49,393 nt of DNA from Burkholderiales bacterium (GCA_040379385.1 JBEILF010000001.1:1-49393), one strand, 5' to 3'; positions 1-9,014 are shown, counted from the stretch's first letter. Numbers and translations are program-made. Notes: a model not told the origin generated them from the letters alone.

Positions 1-472
1 CAATCATGGGGCGGGCAACAATTCCCGGGGCTTGATCGCGTAGCAACAGCAACTCATTTTTCGTTCGCGCCTTGTACCAGCGCTCCGCAAAGAGGATGAC
101 AACCCCGCCAACGATAAACGCCAACGCGACCGGCATGGGATGAAACAGTACGGCCTTGATTTGTTTACTGAACAACAGCCCTAAGATCGCCAGCGGCAAG
201 AAGGCGACAAACAGATTCAGTACAAAACGTTGCGCACGCGGCTCACTGGTAATGCCGCGAAAGGTAAAAACCAGACGAGCGCGGTATTCCCAGCAGACCG
301 CGAGGATGGCACCGGCTTGAATGAAGATTTCGAAGACTAGTCCTTTTTCATCATTGAAATTGAGCAGATGGCCCACCAGTATCAAGTGACCGGTTGACGA
401 GATTGGCAAGAATTCGGTCAATCCCTCTACAACGCCAAGGATGATGGCTTTTACCAATAGGGCTAAATCCAA
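1..472 (-). CDS. uppP: undecaprenyl-diphosphatase (BacA/UppP), C-terminal part runs off the window start
   Basis: Absent from the ORF track because it is open to the window edge. Manual minus-strand translation gives (L)[36 protein letters not shown]...[18 protein letters not shown], which carries the [14 protein letters not shown] signature of UppP. The start is probably TTG at 472. Confidence 0.8.
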   Translation of the reverse strand, partial: MDLALLVKAIILGVVEGLTEFLPISSTGHLILVGHLLNFNDEKGLVFEIFIQAGAILAVCWEYRARLVFTFRGITSEPRAQRFVLNLFVAFLPLAILGLLFSKQIKAVLFHPMPVALAFIVGGVVILFAERWYKARTKNELLLLRDQAPGIVARPMI

Positions 473-561
473 CGCCGTGCTCCCGAAATCAACATGGGCG
501 ATTATAGGTGGGGGTGATGATAAAAATCTTGCGCCAATGGGTTGTCCAGACAGCGTACCGA

Positions 562-1170
562 CTACTGCCTAGCAACAATGAGGCGATCCGCGAGCACCGT
601 AAACGAAAGTGAAGATGTTCCGGCATCCAGCCCAAGCCGACCCACTTGCGCGGCGTTCAGGGTATAGATCGGTTTGTCGTCGAGGTACTCGCGGGCGAGC
701 TGTGAAGCCGCCTTGGCCAACAAGGCGGATAATGCGTCAGGCATATTGTCCACGCGAACCCGATCTAGATTCGCCTCAACCAGCATCACTGCCTTCGACT
801 TCGAGTCGTAACGTGGCTTGCCGGAGAGTGTCATGCTCCCCCAAAGAGAGCGCTGGGAATTGTTCAGCAGAGAGGGTAGTTTTACCTGCACATCGACCGT
901 AACTGACAATCGCGCTGCTGCGGCCTCCTGTCCGCGAGCCGCGTTTGCCAGTACTGGCGTCACCACAGGCCGCATCAGCGTTACCGTCAGCAGATCGGCA
1001 ATATTGCGCTCCATCGGAAACCGCTGGGCGATTCGTTCATTGAGGTCGGTATACGGTACGCTGAGTTGGCGGCTGAAAAACGGCACCAAAGCGCATCCTG
1101 TGAGCGCAAGAAATGCGAACAGGGCGAACCAACGGTAAAGGAGACCCGGCGAAAACAAAAGTGGATTCAA
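562..1170 (-). CDS. DUF1439-like (YceB-type) lipoprotein
   Basis: 202 aa with a signal peptide and lipobox (FLALTGC). The overall pattern resembles the DUF1439 lipoprotein family. Assigned from memory, not by search. Confidence 0.6.
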   Translation of the reverse strand: MNPLLFSPGLLYRWFALFAFLALTGCALVPFFSRQLSVPYTDLNERIAQRFPMERNIADLLTVTLMRPVVTPVLANAARGQEAAAARLSVTVDVQVKLPSLLNNSQRSLWGSMTLSGKPRYDSKSKAVMLVEANLDRVRVDNMPDALSALLAKAASQLAREYLDDKPIYTLNAAQVGRLGLDAGTSSLSFTVLADRLIVARQ

Positions 1171-1229
1171 GTGACTTCCAATCGAGCCAAGTCAAGCAGG
1201 ATAAGTCGCTCGGCGAGCGTGCAAGGCAT

Positions 1230-2975
1230 CTAAAGCGCGTTGAGCTGATCGAGCAGCTCGCGGGTTTGTTCTGGGTCGCAGGAACGCATAATGGCGGCGA
1301 CAAGTTTTGCGATCTGCGAAACACTTGTCATCAGTACGCGTTGTTTAACCAACAATAAACTGGCCGGGTGCATCGAGAAATCGCGCAATCCGAACCCCAG
1401 TAACAATCGGGTTAAAACAACATCGCCCGCCATCTCGCCGCAGACGGCCACCGGCACTTTCGCAAGATTCGCTTGTTCGATGACACTAGCGATCAGATGC
1501 AGTACCGCCGGGTGCAAGGGGTCGTAGAGGTGGGCGACTGTATCATCGGTTCTGTCAATGGCAAGGGTGTACTGAATCAAATCATTAGTACCAATGGACA
1601 AGAAGTCGAGCTTGGCGAGGAACATCGGCAATGCGATTGCCGCTGCCGGAACTTCGATCATGCCACCGACCAAGATGTTGTCGTTGAATTTTTTGCCCTC
1701 CACTTTTAGCTGCTCTTTGGCCATATCGATGGCAAGCAGGGCCTGGCGGATCTCTACCCATGAGGCCAGCATTGGGATGAGAATTCGGATATCGCCGTAA
1801 CGTGACGCCCGCAAGATGGCGCGTAGCTGGGTATTGAATAACTGCGGCTCGGCGAGGCAGTATCGAATCGCCCTGAGACCGAGCGCCGAATGACCGCCAG
1901 TTGCCAGAGCGGGATCAAGTGACTTATCGGCACCGATGTCCAGCGTCCTAATCACGACCGGCATCCCTTTTAGTCCTTCTGCAACCGCTTTGTAGGCCTC
2001 AAACTGCTCGTCTTCGTCAGGCAGGTCGCGGCGATTCATAAACAAGAACTCGCTGCGGAACAATCCCACGCCGGTTGCGCCAGACTGACGGACTGCATCC
2101 AGATCGGAAGGCAGCTCAATATTGGCATGCAGCTCTACTTTGACACCGTCGAGGGTGGTGGTCGTAGCTGCCTTCAGACGTCCAAGCTTTTGCTTTTCGA
2201 GCTTCCATTGGTGCTGCTTGAGGCGATATTCCGCCAGCACCGTCTCCTCCGGGGCAACAATTACGACACCTTGTGTGCCGTCAACGATGACTAGTTCATC
2301 TTCCCGCACCAACTCGCGGGCTGTGTGTAGTGCAACAAGCGCCGGGATTCCAAGGCTGCGTGCAAGAATCGCCGTGTGTGAAGTTCGACCGCCAAGATCG
2401 GTGATGAAGGCGGCGACCTGATGATCCTTAAACAGGATGACGTCTGCCGGCGAGAGGTCGTGGGCGACAAGAATGGTGTCCTCGGCGCGCTCTCGAAGCT
2501 TCTCCGGAACCGCGCCGCCTTGGCCGGTAAGCGCTGATACGATCCGCTCGGCAACCTGGCGTACATCGGTTTTGCGCTCTCGCAGGTATTCATCTTGGAC
2601 GTCCGCAAACTGTGCGAGTAGTTCATCAACGCGTAGCTTTAAAGCCCATTCGGCGTTGCAGTTTTCGCGCTCGATCATTGCGCGAGGTTCGACCGAAATA
2701 GCGGGATCCTCCAACAACATACGATGAATCGTTACGAACGCAGCGATATCGCCAGAGTGGGTGTCCAATTTGTGCGCTGTTTTTAGACCAACTTCGAGCT
2801 CGTCTAACTCGGCGCGAACCAACTTAACCGCACGGTCAAATCGTTTGATTTCCTTGGCAACAAACTCGACCGGAATAGAGTAGTGGTCAACTTCGAGCGA
2901 TGCAAGCGTTACCAGATGGGCATGGCCGATGGCAATTCCGCCGGAAACCCCCAATCCGTGCATGGTAAAACTCAT
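1230..2975 (-). CDS. ptsI: phosphoenolpyruvate-protein phosphotransferase (PTS enzyme I)
   Basis: 581 aa with the active-site region GGRTSHTAILARSLGIPA and the C-terminal PEP-utilising motif IGTNDLIQY. Confidence 0.9.
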   Translation of the reverse strand: MSFTMHGLGVSGGIAIGHAHLVTLASLEVDHYSIPVEFVAKEIKRFDRAVKLVRAELDELEVGLKTAHKLDTHSGDIAAFVTIHRMLLEDPAISVEPRAMIERENCNAEWALKLRVDELLAQFADVQDEYLRERKTDVRQVAERIVSALTGQGGAVPEKLRERAEDTILVAHDLSPADVILFKDHQVAAFITDLGGRTSHTAILARSLGIPALVALHTARELVREDELVIVDGTQGVVIVAPEETVLAEYRLKQHQWKLEKQKLGRLKAATTTTLDGVKVELHANIELPSDLDAVRQSGATGVGLFRSEFLFMNRRDLPDEDEQFEAYKAVAEGLKGMPVVIRTLDIGADKSLDPALATGGHSALGLRAIRYCLAEPQLFNTQLRAILRASRYGDIRILIPMLASWVEIRQALLAIDMAKEQLKVEGKKFNDNILVGGMIEVPAAAIALPMFLAKLDFLSIGTNDLIQYTLAIDRTDDTVAHLYDPLHPAVLHLIASVIEQANLAKVPVAVCGEMAGDVVLTRLLLGFGLRDFSMHPASLLLVKQRVLMTSVSQIAKLVAAIMRSCDPEQTRELLDQLNAL

Positions 2976-3139
2976 TTGCCAGCCTCGGTATGTTGATCCA
3001 CTTGCGTGTACCAGGAAGTCTTAACGCCAATTTGCGTCGGTAAGCCATCCAAAAGCCTACTCGGCTTTGGATTGATGACAAGTTTGACGATCAACGCCTC
3101 TGACAGGGGTTGAAGCCTCATGTCCACCCCCGCACCAAG

Positions 3140-3409
3140 TCACTCGCCCTCACCAAACTTATCGTTGATTAGCTCTGCGACCGCCGCAAGTGCCTCAGTT
3201 TCGTCGGCACCGGAGGTTTCTAGTTCTACTAGTGTACCCTTCCCTGCCGCCAGCATCATGACACCCATGATGGACTTTGCGTTCACGCGTCGTCCGGCCT
3301 TGCTAATGAATACGTCGCTTTGAAAGCGGGCGGCAGTTTGCGTGAGCTTGGCGGAGGCCCGCGCATGCAGGCCCAGTTTATTGGTGATTTCAATGTGTTG
3401 CTTTTGCAT
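3140..3409 (-). CDS. ptsH: phosphocarrier protein HPr
   Basis: 89 aa with the His15 context NKLGLHARAS and the Ser46 context AKSIMGVM. Confidence 0.9.
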   Translation of the reverse strand: MQKQHIEITNKLGLHARASAKLTQTAARFQSDVFISKAGRRVNAKSIMGVMMLAAGKGTLVELETSGADETEALAAVAELINDKFGEGE

Positions 3410-3414
3410 GACGC

Positions 3415-3831
3415 TCAGATGGTTTTTCCCAGCGCTTCACAACCGCTTGCAGACATTTGAATAATGCCTTCGGTGCCGCCTGCACGTGCCTTTTCGATTA
3501 ACTCCGCCATTGGGCGTTCCCGGTATGTGAGTGCACGTATCAGCATGGGCAAGTTTACGCCGGAAATTCCTTCGATACGGCCTGAATCCAGCAGTTTGCA
3601 GGCAATGTTAGAAGGCGTTGCGCCAAAAATGTCGGTCATCACCAGTACTCCGTCACCTTGATCCACGAAACGAATCAGATCCCGGCCTTGCGGCAAGATG
3701 GCATCCGGATCATCGTGAACGGTCACACCGAGCTGACGGAGATACAGGGGGCGCTTCCCAACGACATGGGACGCACAGTGAATGAGGCTTTCGCCCAATG
3801 TACCGTGGGCAACAATTAATAGTCCAATCAT
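3415..3831 (-). CDS. PTS EIIA component, mannose/fructose family
   Basis: 138 aa starting MIGLLIVAHGTLGESL, the conserved phospho-His motif of EIIA-Man. It forms an operon with ptsH and ptsI. Confidence 0.8.
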   Translation of the reverse strand: MIGLLIVAHGTLGESLIHCASHVVGKRPLYLRQLGVTVHDDPDAILPQGRDLIRFVDQGDGVLVMTDIFGATPSNIACKLLDSGRIEGISGVNLPMLIRALTYRERPMAELIEKARAGGTEGIIQMSASGCEALGKTI

Positions 3832-3894
3832 GGCGTGATTTTAGCCCATCATGCAAATTGGCCGATACCGACCAGAAGTTGCGCCGAGGCTTGG

Positions 3895-4154
3895 CCAAAA
3901 TATTTTATGAGTCGTCCGGCGCTTCCGGCGCTTCAAAGGACGTGCCGCCGAACGATTGGCAAACCAATTTGGCGCATTCCTCTGTTTTGATGGACCCGCA
4001 GCCGCACGTTCGCTAGGCGAGAAGACAGCCCATTTTGACAAATACGGCCTTCCGACTGAACGCATTTGGCAAATACCGGTCGCCATGACGTGGTCGATCT
4101 GGCGTAACCATCGTTCCCTCACCCGCTTGCAAATGTCGCCAAGAGACATTCAGG
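3895..4154 (-). mobile_element. diverged third copy of the ~250-bp inverted-repeat (MITE-like) element
   Basis: The minus strand aligns block-wise with copies A and B: CCTGAA terminus, GCAAGCGGGTGAG, AGCGAACGTGCGGC, GCGCCAAATTGGTTTGCCAATCG, and GCGACGACTCATAAAATATTTTGG terminus. Its length is similar to the other copies. Confidence 0.45.
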
Positions 4155-4204
4155 CCAGACACCATCACGGCGGCAATTTTTGTGCTCCGCCGCAATTTCG
4201 CCGC

Positions 4205-4801
4205 TCACAAATCGTCGTCGTCGACCACGCCGCCTTTGGCCTCATACAGCCAACATATTTTCCTAGTATCTGGCCCCGACAATCGATCACCCATCAGTCC
4301 ACATCTATATGCGCGCGCGGACAAGCGCTCGAAATGCCGACATCCTGGGCATTTACCGAAAGGCGAGCCGTCGCGGTCGGATTGGAAAGTGGTGAGCGTC
4401 TCGCGAAGAGCCGAGACGGCGTTGCGTATCCGGTTTGGGCTGATCTCACGTGTAGCGTGAATCCAGGCAAGCTGCGGTTGCGTATCGTATAAGAACTGCT
4501 CTCCGGTTGCCGACAGGCGAAGCCGAACAACCCGCCGGTCAATGTCATCTTGGTAGCGCTCAATCAGGCCGCGTCGATCAAGTAGCAGCAGGCTTTGTGA
4601 GATGGTGCCCTTGGTTAGTCCGAGGTATTCGCTGAGCGCCTGCGGCGTGTTTGAGTAGCGGTTTGCATTGGCCAAATACACTAGCGCTTCTACATGGACG
4701 GGTGCGAGTTGCTCATCCGAGCCAGCGCGTCGTGCCTCTGCTCGCATCAAGTTACCGAGCCGCTCAACGAGTTCCAGCAGCACAAGTGGATTCTTATCCA
4801 T
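4205..4801 (-). CDS. MarR-family transcriptional regulator with a Cys-rich C-terminal extension
   Basis: The winged-helix region (VHVEALVYLANANRYSNTPQALSEYLGLTKGTISQSLLLLDRRGLIERYQDDIDRRVVRLRLS) is typical of MarR. I chose the start at MDKNPL (4801) rather than the track start at 4921. Confidence 0.8.
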   Translation of the reverse strand: MDKNPLVLLELVERLGNLMRAEARRAGSDEQLAPVHVEALVYLANANRYSNTPQALSEYLGLTKGTISQSLLLLDRRGLIERYQDDIDRRVVRLRLSATGEQFLYDTQPQLAWIHATREISPNRIRNAVSALRETLTTFQSDRDGSPFGKCPGCRHFERLSARAYRCGLMGDRLSGPDTRKICWLYEAKGGVVDDDDL

Positions 4802-5068
4802 GCAAAAGCCCAAGGTAAAAAATTTGCGACGGGGAAATAGATCGGTATGACACCATCTAAACAAACGCCACAAAATCAATTCTAGCCCGTCTGGCCAAAT
4901 AAAGTAGCGAATCGATACCAAGACTGGTCGAATTTAAGCCCCGTATTTTTAGTGTTGGGTCGATACATAAATACGGTTCTGACTCTTGCAACAGCTTTTC
5001 ACAATTCCTGCGACACTGCTTGTGGGAGTGTATTAATGTTGCCTAGGCAATGCCAGCTTCGTCAACAC

Positions 5069-5407
5069 CTAATCCAAAGAGATCAAAATCTGGCCACCCG
5101 CTTGCTGTGAAACAAGCTTGCTCAGTAGGCTGCAAAGCGTTTCCCCGCTACGAGTATCAACCCAACCAACAGACGCAAAACGAAAGTGAAACCCCCCCGA
5201 TTTTGCGGCAACCCAAATTTCGCGATTGGGCGTTTGCCGATTGATGATGATCTTGCTGCCATTTTCGAACGAAAGCGTCAAAATCCCGCTAGAGAGTTCG
5301 CTGTCGATATTTGTTGGCGCTTCGTCCAATAATGTTTGCAGGCGCAAGAATAACGCATCAACAAGCAGATGAAACTCAGTTTCCGGCATCGAAACAGCGG
5401 CGGACAT
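5069..5407 (-). CDS. cyaY: frataxin-like iron donor CyaY
   Basis: ILTLSFENGSKIIINRQTPNREIWVAAKSGGFHF matches the CyaY core. The internal Met at 5407 is preferred because the track start at 5491 would overlap the divergent lptM. Confidence 0.85.
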   Translation of the reverse strand: MSAAVSMPETEFHLLVDALFLRLQTLLDEAPTNIDSELSSGILTLSFENGSKIIINRQTPNREIWVAAKSGGFHFRFASVGWVDTRSGETLCSLLSKLVSQQAGGQILISLD

Positions 5408-5489
5408 AGTGGGCTTTCGGCGCGAGTTGTTCGTTTTGGGGGCTGTCATCGCGTGATACCATCGGCTAAACAACTCCGAAATGTGCATC

Positions 5490-5633
5490 ATGCAATTACG
5501 TCAGATTTTACGCATATTGTCGCTGGTGGTACTTCTCGTGGCGCTTGTAGGCTGTGGCCAAAAAGGACCGCTGCGTCTTCCCGATTCGCCAAAACCCGCT
5601 GCGAGCTCAGGGGGGAGTACATGGCCGCTATAG
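5490..5633 (+). CDS. lptM: small lipoprotein LptM (YifL-like) upstream of lysA
   Basis: 47 codons, too short for the ORF track: MQLRQILRILSLVVLLVALVGCGQKGPLRLP. It has the lipobox plus the GCGQKGPL signature and overlaps the lysA start by 13 nt. An in-frame ATG at 5481 is an alternative start. Confidence 0.65.
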   Translation: MQLRQILRILSLVVLLVALVGCGQKGPLRLPDSPKPAASSGGSTWPL

Positions 5634-6895
5634 AAGTTTTTGGCGCACACTACCAGTCAGGAGAACTGTGGGTTGAGGGGGTGAGATTAGGTGATGTTGC
5701 AGAGAAATTTGGCACGCCAACCTTTGTCTACTCACGAGCGGCGCTGACCAAAGCCTATCGCCAGCTCGATGAGGCGGTCGGTCATGCGCGCTCGGGACGT
5801 CCCTACACGATTTGTTACGCGGTAAAGGCAAATTCAAACCTTGCCGTGCTGAATACACTGGCGCGACTTGGGGCCGGATTTGATATCGTTTCTGGCGGCG
5901 AGCTAACGAGAGTCCTCCGCGCGGGCGGCGAGGCGAGTAAGGTGGTTTTCTCCGGCCTAGGAAAAACAGCGCATGAGATCGCCACAGCCCTGAAAGTCGG
6001 CATTAAGTGCTTCAATGTCGAATCAGAATCTGAGTTATTGCGGCTGAACGAAATCGCAATATCGTTGGGGCTGCGTGCGCCGGTTGCTCTCCGCGTAAAC
6101 CCAGATGTCGATGCGAAGACCCATCCGTACATTTCAACCGGGCTAAAGAACAATAAATTTGGGATTGCCTTCGGTCGCGCTCGCGCAGTCTATAGAAGCG
6201 CGGCAGCGATGCCAGGAGTCAAGGTTGTGGGCGTGGACTGCCATATCGGTTCGCAACTGACCGACGCCACGCCGCTGGTCGAGGCGATGGGAAAGATTGT
6301 CGCGCTGGCTGATCAGTTGGCCGCAGACGGCATTGAGATACATCATATATGCCCGGGCGGTGGTATTGGAGTTACGTATGAAAATGAAACCCCAATCGAC
6401 CTGACGACTTATGCCGCAGCGTTGGAACGCACGATTGGTGGGCGAAACGCCGAGCTCCTTCTAGAGCCGGGGCGCGCGATAGCGGGCAACGCGGGCTTGT
6501 TGCTAAGCCGAGTGGAGTACGTCAAGCTTGGGGACCACAAGAACTTCCTGATCGTCGACGCTGCAATGAACGACTTGATTCGCCCCGCGCTATACCAAGC
6601 GCACCATGAGATCGTTGCGGTCCGCCAAAACAGTAGCCGTGGAGCAGCGGAGTTTGACGTCGTTGGGCCAGTTTGTGAAAGCGCGGATGTCCTCGGCTAT
6701 TCGAGAAAGCTCAGCGCGTCTGCCGGCGATTTGATCGCTGTGCTTTCAGCCGGTGCTTACGGCTTTGTGATGTCCTCAAACTACAATACCCGTCCCCGTT
6801 CCGCCGAAGTGATGGTTGACGGAGATGGGGTTTATATTGTTCGCGAGCGCGAGACAGTTGATAACTTGCTGTCCGGGGAACATCTGCTCCCATAA
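5621..6895 (+). CDS. lysA: diaminopimelate decarboxylase
   Basis: Has the PLP motif CYAVKANSN and the GGGIGV motif. The start is at MAAIEVF, and the 84-aa N-terminal extension in the track is an artefact. Confidence 0.9.
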   Translation: MAAIEVFGAHYQSGELWVEGVRLGDVAEKFGTPTFVYSRAALTKAYRQLDEAVGHARSGRPYTICYAVKANSNLAVLNTLARLGAGFDIVSGGELTRVLRAGGEASKVVFSGLGKTAHEIATALKVGIKCFNVESESELLRLNEIAISLGLRAPVALRVNPDVDAKTHPYISTGLKNNKFGIAFGRARAVYRSAAAMPGVKVVGVDCHIGSQLTDATPLVEAMGKIVALADQLAADGIEIHHICPGGGIGVTYENETPIDLTTYAAALERTIGGRNAELLLEPGRAIAGNAGLLLSRVEYVKLGDHKNFLIVDAAMNDLIRPALYQAHHEIVAVRQNSSRGAAEFDVVGPVCESADVLGYSRKLSASAGDLIAVLSAGAYGFVMSSNYNTRPRSAEVMVDGDGVYIVRERETVDNLLSGEHLLP

Positions 6896-7292
6896 TTGGA
6901 ATTTGTAAGACAGCCGTCTCTCCAGCCTTGAGACGTACGAGGCAAAAAGTCAAACGACTCAATGAGGCGCTTCAGAATGGTATTGTGTCGATACCATTAT
7001 GGCGAAGTCAATCGCAAATAATCAGCGTTGACAGCGTGAATAACTGGTGTTCAAAAAATTTCTTACATAGAATCCGCTTCACCAAGTGCTCGCGGCGAAA
7101 GTTTATTGAATTCCTCGCATTTGGATTCTTTTAGGCAGGCAACCGCGAGTGGAGTGAGGTTGTTTCGCCGTCTCTAGCGTTCTCGGCAACTGCCAATCTC
7201 AATCGTTCGTCTGAACTGATGTCTTGGTGACTCGATTCAGTAGAGTTGAGTCCAAACAAGCAATTCGGTCCAACCATCGAAAGGAGTTGATC

Positions 7293-7517
7293 ATGGCAAC
7301 AGCCAAGAAAAAGCCGGCAGCAAAAAAAGCGGCTAAGAAACCAGTAGCGAAGAAGCCAGCAGCAAAAAAAGTAGCCAAGAAGCCAGCAGCAAAGAAAGTC
7401 GCGAAGAAGCCTGCGGCAAAAAAAGTGGCTAAGAAGCCAGCAGCAAAGAAAGTCGCGAAGAAGCCTGCTGCGAAAAAAGCGGCTAAGAAGCCCGCTGCAA
7501 AAAAAAAAAGTAGCTAA
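7293..7517 (+). CDS. histone H1-like Lys/Ala/Pro-repeat DNA-binding protein, apparently truncated at an A11 run
   Basis: A strong SD (GAAAGGAG) lies 6 nt upstream of the ATG. The product is MATAKKKPAAKKAAKKPVAKKPAAKKVAKK..., resembling the AlgP/BpH1 type. The +1 frame at 7510-7635 continues the same composition. Confidence 0.7.
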   Translation: MATAKKKPAAKKAAKKPVAKKPAAKKVAKKPAAKKVAKKPAAKKVAKKPAAKKVAKKPAAKKAAKKPAAKKKSS

Positions 7518-7590
7518 GAAGCCTGCCAAGAAGCCCGCTGCAAAGAAAGCAGCCCCTAAGAAGGCAGCCCCTGTAGCAAAGCCCGCGCCG
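7305..7590 (+). repeat. in-frame tandem 24-nt (PAAKKVAKK) coding repeats with a 48-nt higher-order unit
   Basis: Direct reading shows reiterated aagaagccagcagcaaagaaagtcgcgaagaagcctgc units. Confidence 0.85.
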
Positions 7591-7657
7591 ATGGTGACCC
7601 CGGTCATCACGCCGCTCATCAAACCAATGGGCTAACCGGGCCCAGCGCTTCAGTCAA

Positions 7658-7710
7658 TCTCAATCCGGTAGGGTGTGACTTCTGAACCGTACACCCCAAC
7701 CGGATTGAGA
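7658..7710 (+). terminator. long stem-loop downstream of the histone-like gene
   Basis: TCTCAATCCGGT (7658-7669) pairs with ACCGGATTGAGA (7699-7710), with an inner GGGTGT/ACACCC stem. It lacks a strong U-tract. Confidence 0.4.
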
Positions 7711-7879
7711 CATTTATCTTGCCAAGCGGTGCGCAGGTGTTTGCAAATCATGCGGATATAGAAAAAGGTCGGCAGCCGTCCGCAAACGTCAAACGGATGG
7801 GCACTATCGTTAGGTAAGCGGCATCATCCTCGGCGTCCCAATCGATACATAAAGCGATTGGGAGCTAGCAGCGGGAACG

Positions 7880-8236
7880 TTATCCTTTCCCGCCAGCCCC
7901 GACGCTCGGGCGAATCTGGGCAAAAATGGCCGCTGCCGTCAAAACGTACAAGATTGGTGTGATGACAACTAAATCGATGCGGAACAATCCGATGCCGGAT
8001 AATTGTTGCTTACCAAATACGGCACCAACCTGCAATTCGTAGAGATTAAATATTATCCAAACTAATCCAGCGAGCGCGGCTGAATGCCGAAACCAATCCC
8101 GATTAAATGTGCCGCGAAGCCGCAACGTCTGGATTGCCTGTCCTGCCAACAAAGTTCCTCCGACGAGAAATCCTGCATAGGACAACAGCGCGATAAGCTT
8201 CGCTGGCCCGAAGAAAATCCAGCTCAGTAGTTCCAT
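7880..8236 (-). CDS. small integral membrane protein, unknown function
   Basis: 118 aa from MELLSWIFFGPAKL, with about four hydrophobic segments. The start was chosen to avoid overlap with mtgA. Confidence 0.5.
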   Translation of the reverse strand: MELLSWIFFGPAKLIALLSYAGFLVGGTLLAGQAIQTLRLRGTFNRDWFRHSAALAGLVWIIFNLYELQVGAVFGKQQLSGIGLFRIDLVVITPILYVLTAAAIFAQIRPSVGAGGKG

Positions 8237-8246
8237 TCTGGAAGCC

Positions 8247-9014
8247 TCATGGCAATTGCGCGAGATGCATGCGTTGTTTGATGCCTTCGGCCCGTTTAGC
8301 CAAGTATGGGGAATCGCGGTTTTTGTCAAAAAAACGCGGTCGCGGCAGCATTGCCGCAAGGAGCGCCGCTTGTGATACGTTAAGCTGAGCTGCACTCGTC
8401 CCAAAGTAGTGACGGGCCGCCGCCTCGGCGCCAAAAACGCCATCTCCCCATTCAACGACATTCAGATAAATCTCAAGGATGCGCCTTTTATCCATCACGC
8501 TCTCCATCATGACCGTAATCACGGCTTCTTGGCCCTTGCGAACAAACGAGCGCTCACCCGAAAGAAATAAATTCTTTGCGAGTTGTTGAGAAATTGTCGA
8601 GCCGCCAGCAACGACCTTCCCACGCCGTTCGTTTTTCTCCAGCGCTTTTTGAATACCCTCCCAATCAAAACCGTCGTGGTCAACAAATTTATCGTCTTCA
8701 GAAGTCAGCACAGCACGCTTGAGATGCTCAGAAATCTTGCCATAGGGCATCCATACATACAACAGCTTTGCGGAGGGCGTGGTTTGGCGCATCAAGGTTA
8801 AGCGCGACTCCATAAAGGCGGTGGTGGTTGGATTGTGGCTGCGCCACCAAATGAGACTTGCAAGCAGGTAGGCTTGGAAGGCTGCAACGATGAAGATAAA
8901 GACAACAAACGCGCCGATGAGCGTCTTTTTGATGTGTTTTGCCACAGACGCCTTCAAAGCGCGGCCCGAATAGATGCGATGACTGGCCGTGTGTCTGGGT
9001 GAGCGCCGCGCCAA
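8247..9014 (-). CDS. mtgA: monofunctional peptidoglycan glycosyltransferase
   Basis: Has the GT51 motifs SEDDKFVDHDGFD, GGSTISQQLAKN and RILEIYLNVVEWG. The annotated start overlaps the aroE 3' end by 61 nt, so the start is uncertain. Confidence 0.85.
   Translation of the reverse strand: MARRSPRHTASHRIYSGRALKASVAKHIKKTLIGAFVVFIFIVAAFQAYLLASLIWWRSHNPTTTAFMESRLTLMRQTTPSAKLLYVWMPYGKISEHLKRAVLTSEDDKFVDHDGFDWEGIQKALEKNERRGKVVAGGSTISQQLAKNLFLSGERSFVRKGQEAVITVMMESVMDKRRILEIYLNVVEWGDGVFGAEAAARHYFGTSAAQLNVSQAALLAAMLPRPRFFDKNRDSPYLAKRAEGIKQRMHLAQLP

Noticed and set aside
3956-4492. 178-aa plus-strand ORF, with neighbouring ORFs at 3841-4149 and 4013-4195
   Set aside because: These span the diverged repeat copy and the antisense of the MarR gene. 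They have no recognisable motifs or RBS.
5039-5050. Perfect 12-bp palindrome TTGCCTAGGCAA just downstream of cyaY, considered as a MarR operator or a MITE target
   Set aside because: It is about 240 nt from the MarR gene start and occurs once. There is no supporting evidence for function.
5369-5620. 84-aa N-terminal extension of lysA in the ORF track
   Set aside because: It overlaps cyaY in antisense and the lptM frame. The conserved LysA sequence begins at MAAIEVF (5621).
7305-7590. Regular short repeats that could suggest a CRISPR array
   Set aside because: The repeats are contiguous 24-nt in-frame coding units with no unique spacers, and they lie inside an ORF with a good SD.
7131-7622. 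163-aa minus-strand ORF (Phe/Leu/Cys-rich)
   Set aside because: It is the antisense shadow of the Lys/Ala repeat gene. AAG/GCN repeats read as CTT/NGC on the other strand, and there is no RBS.
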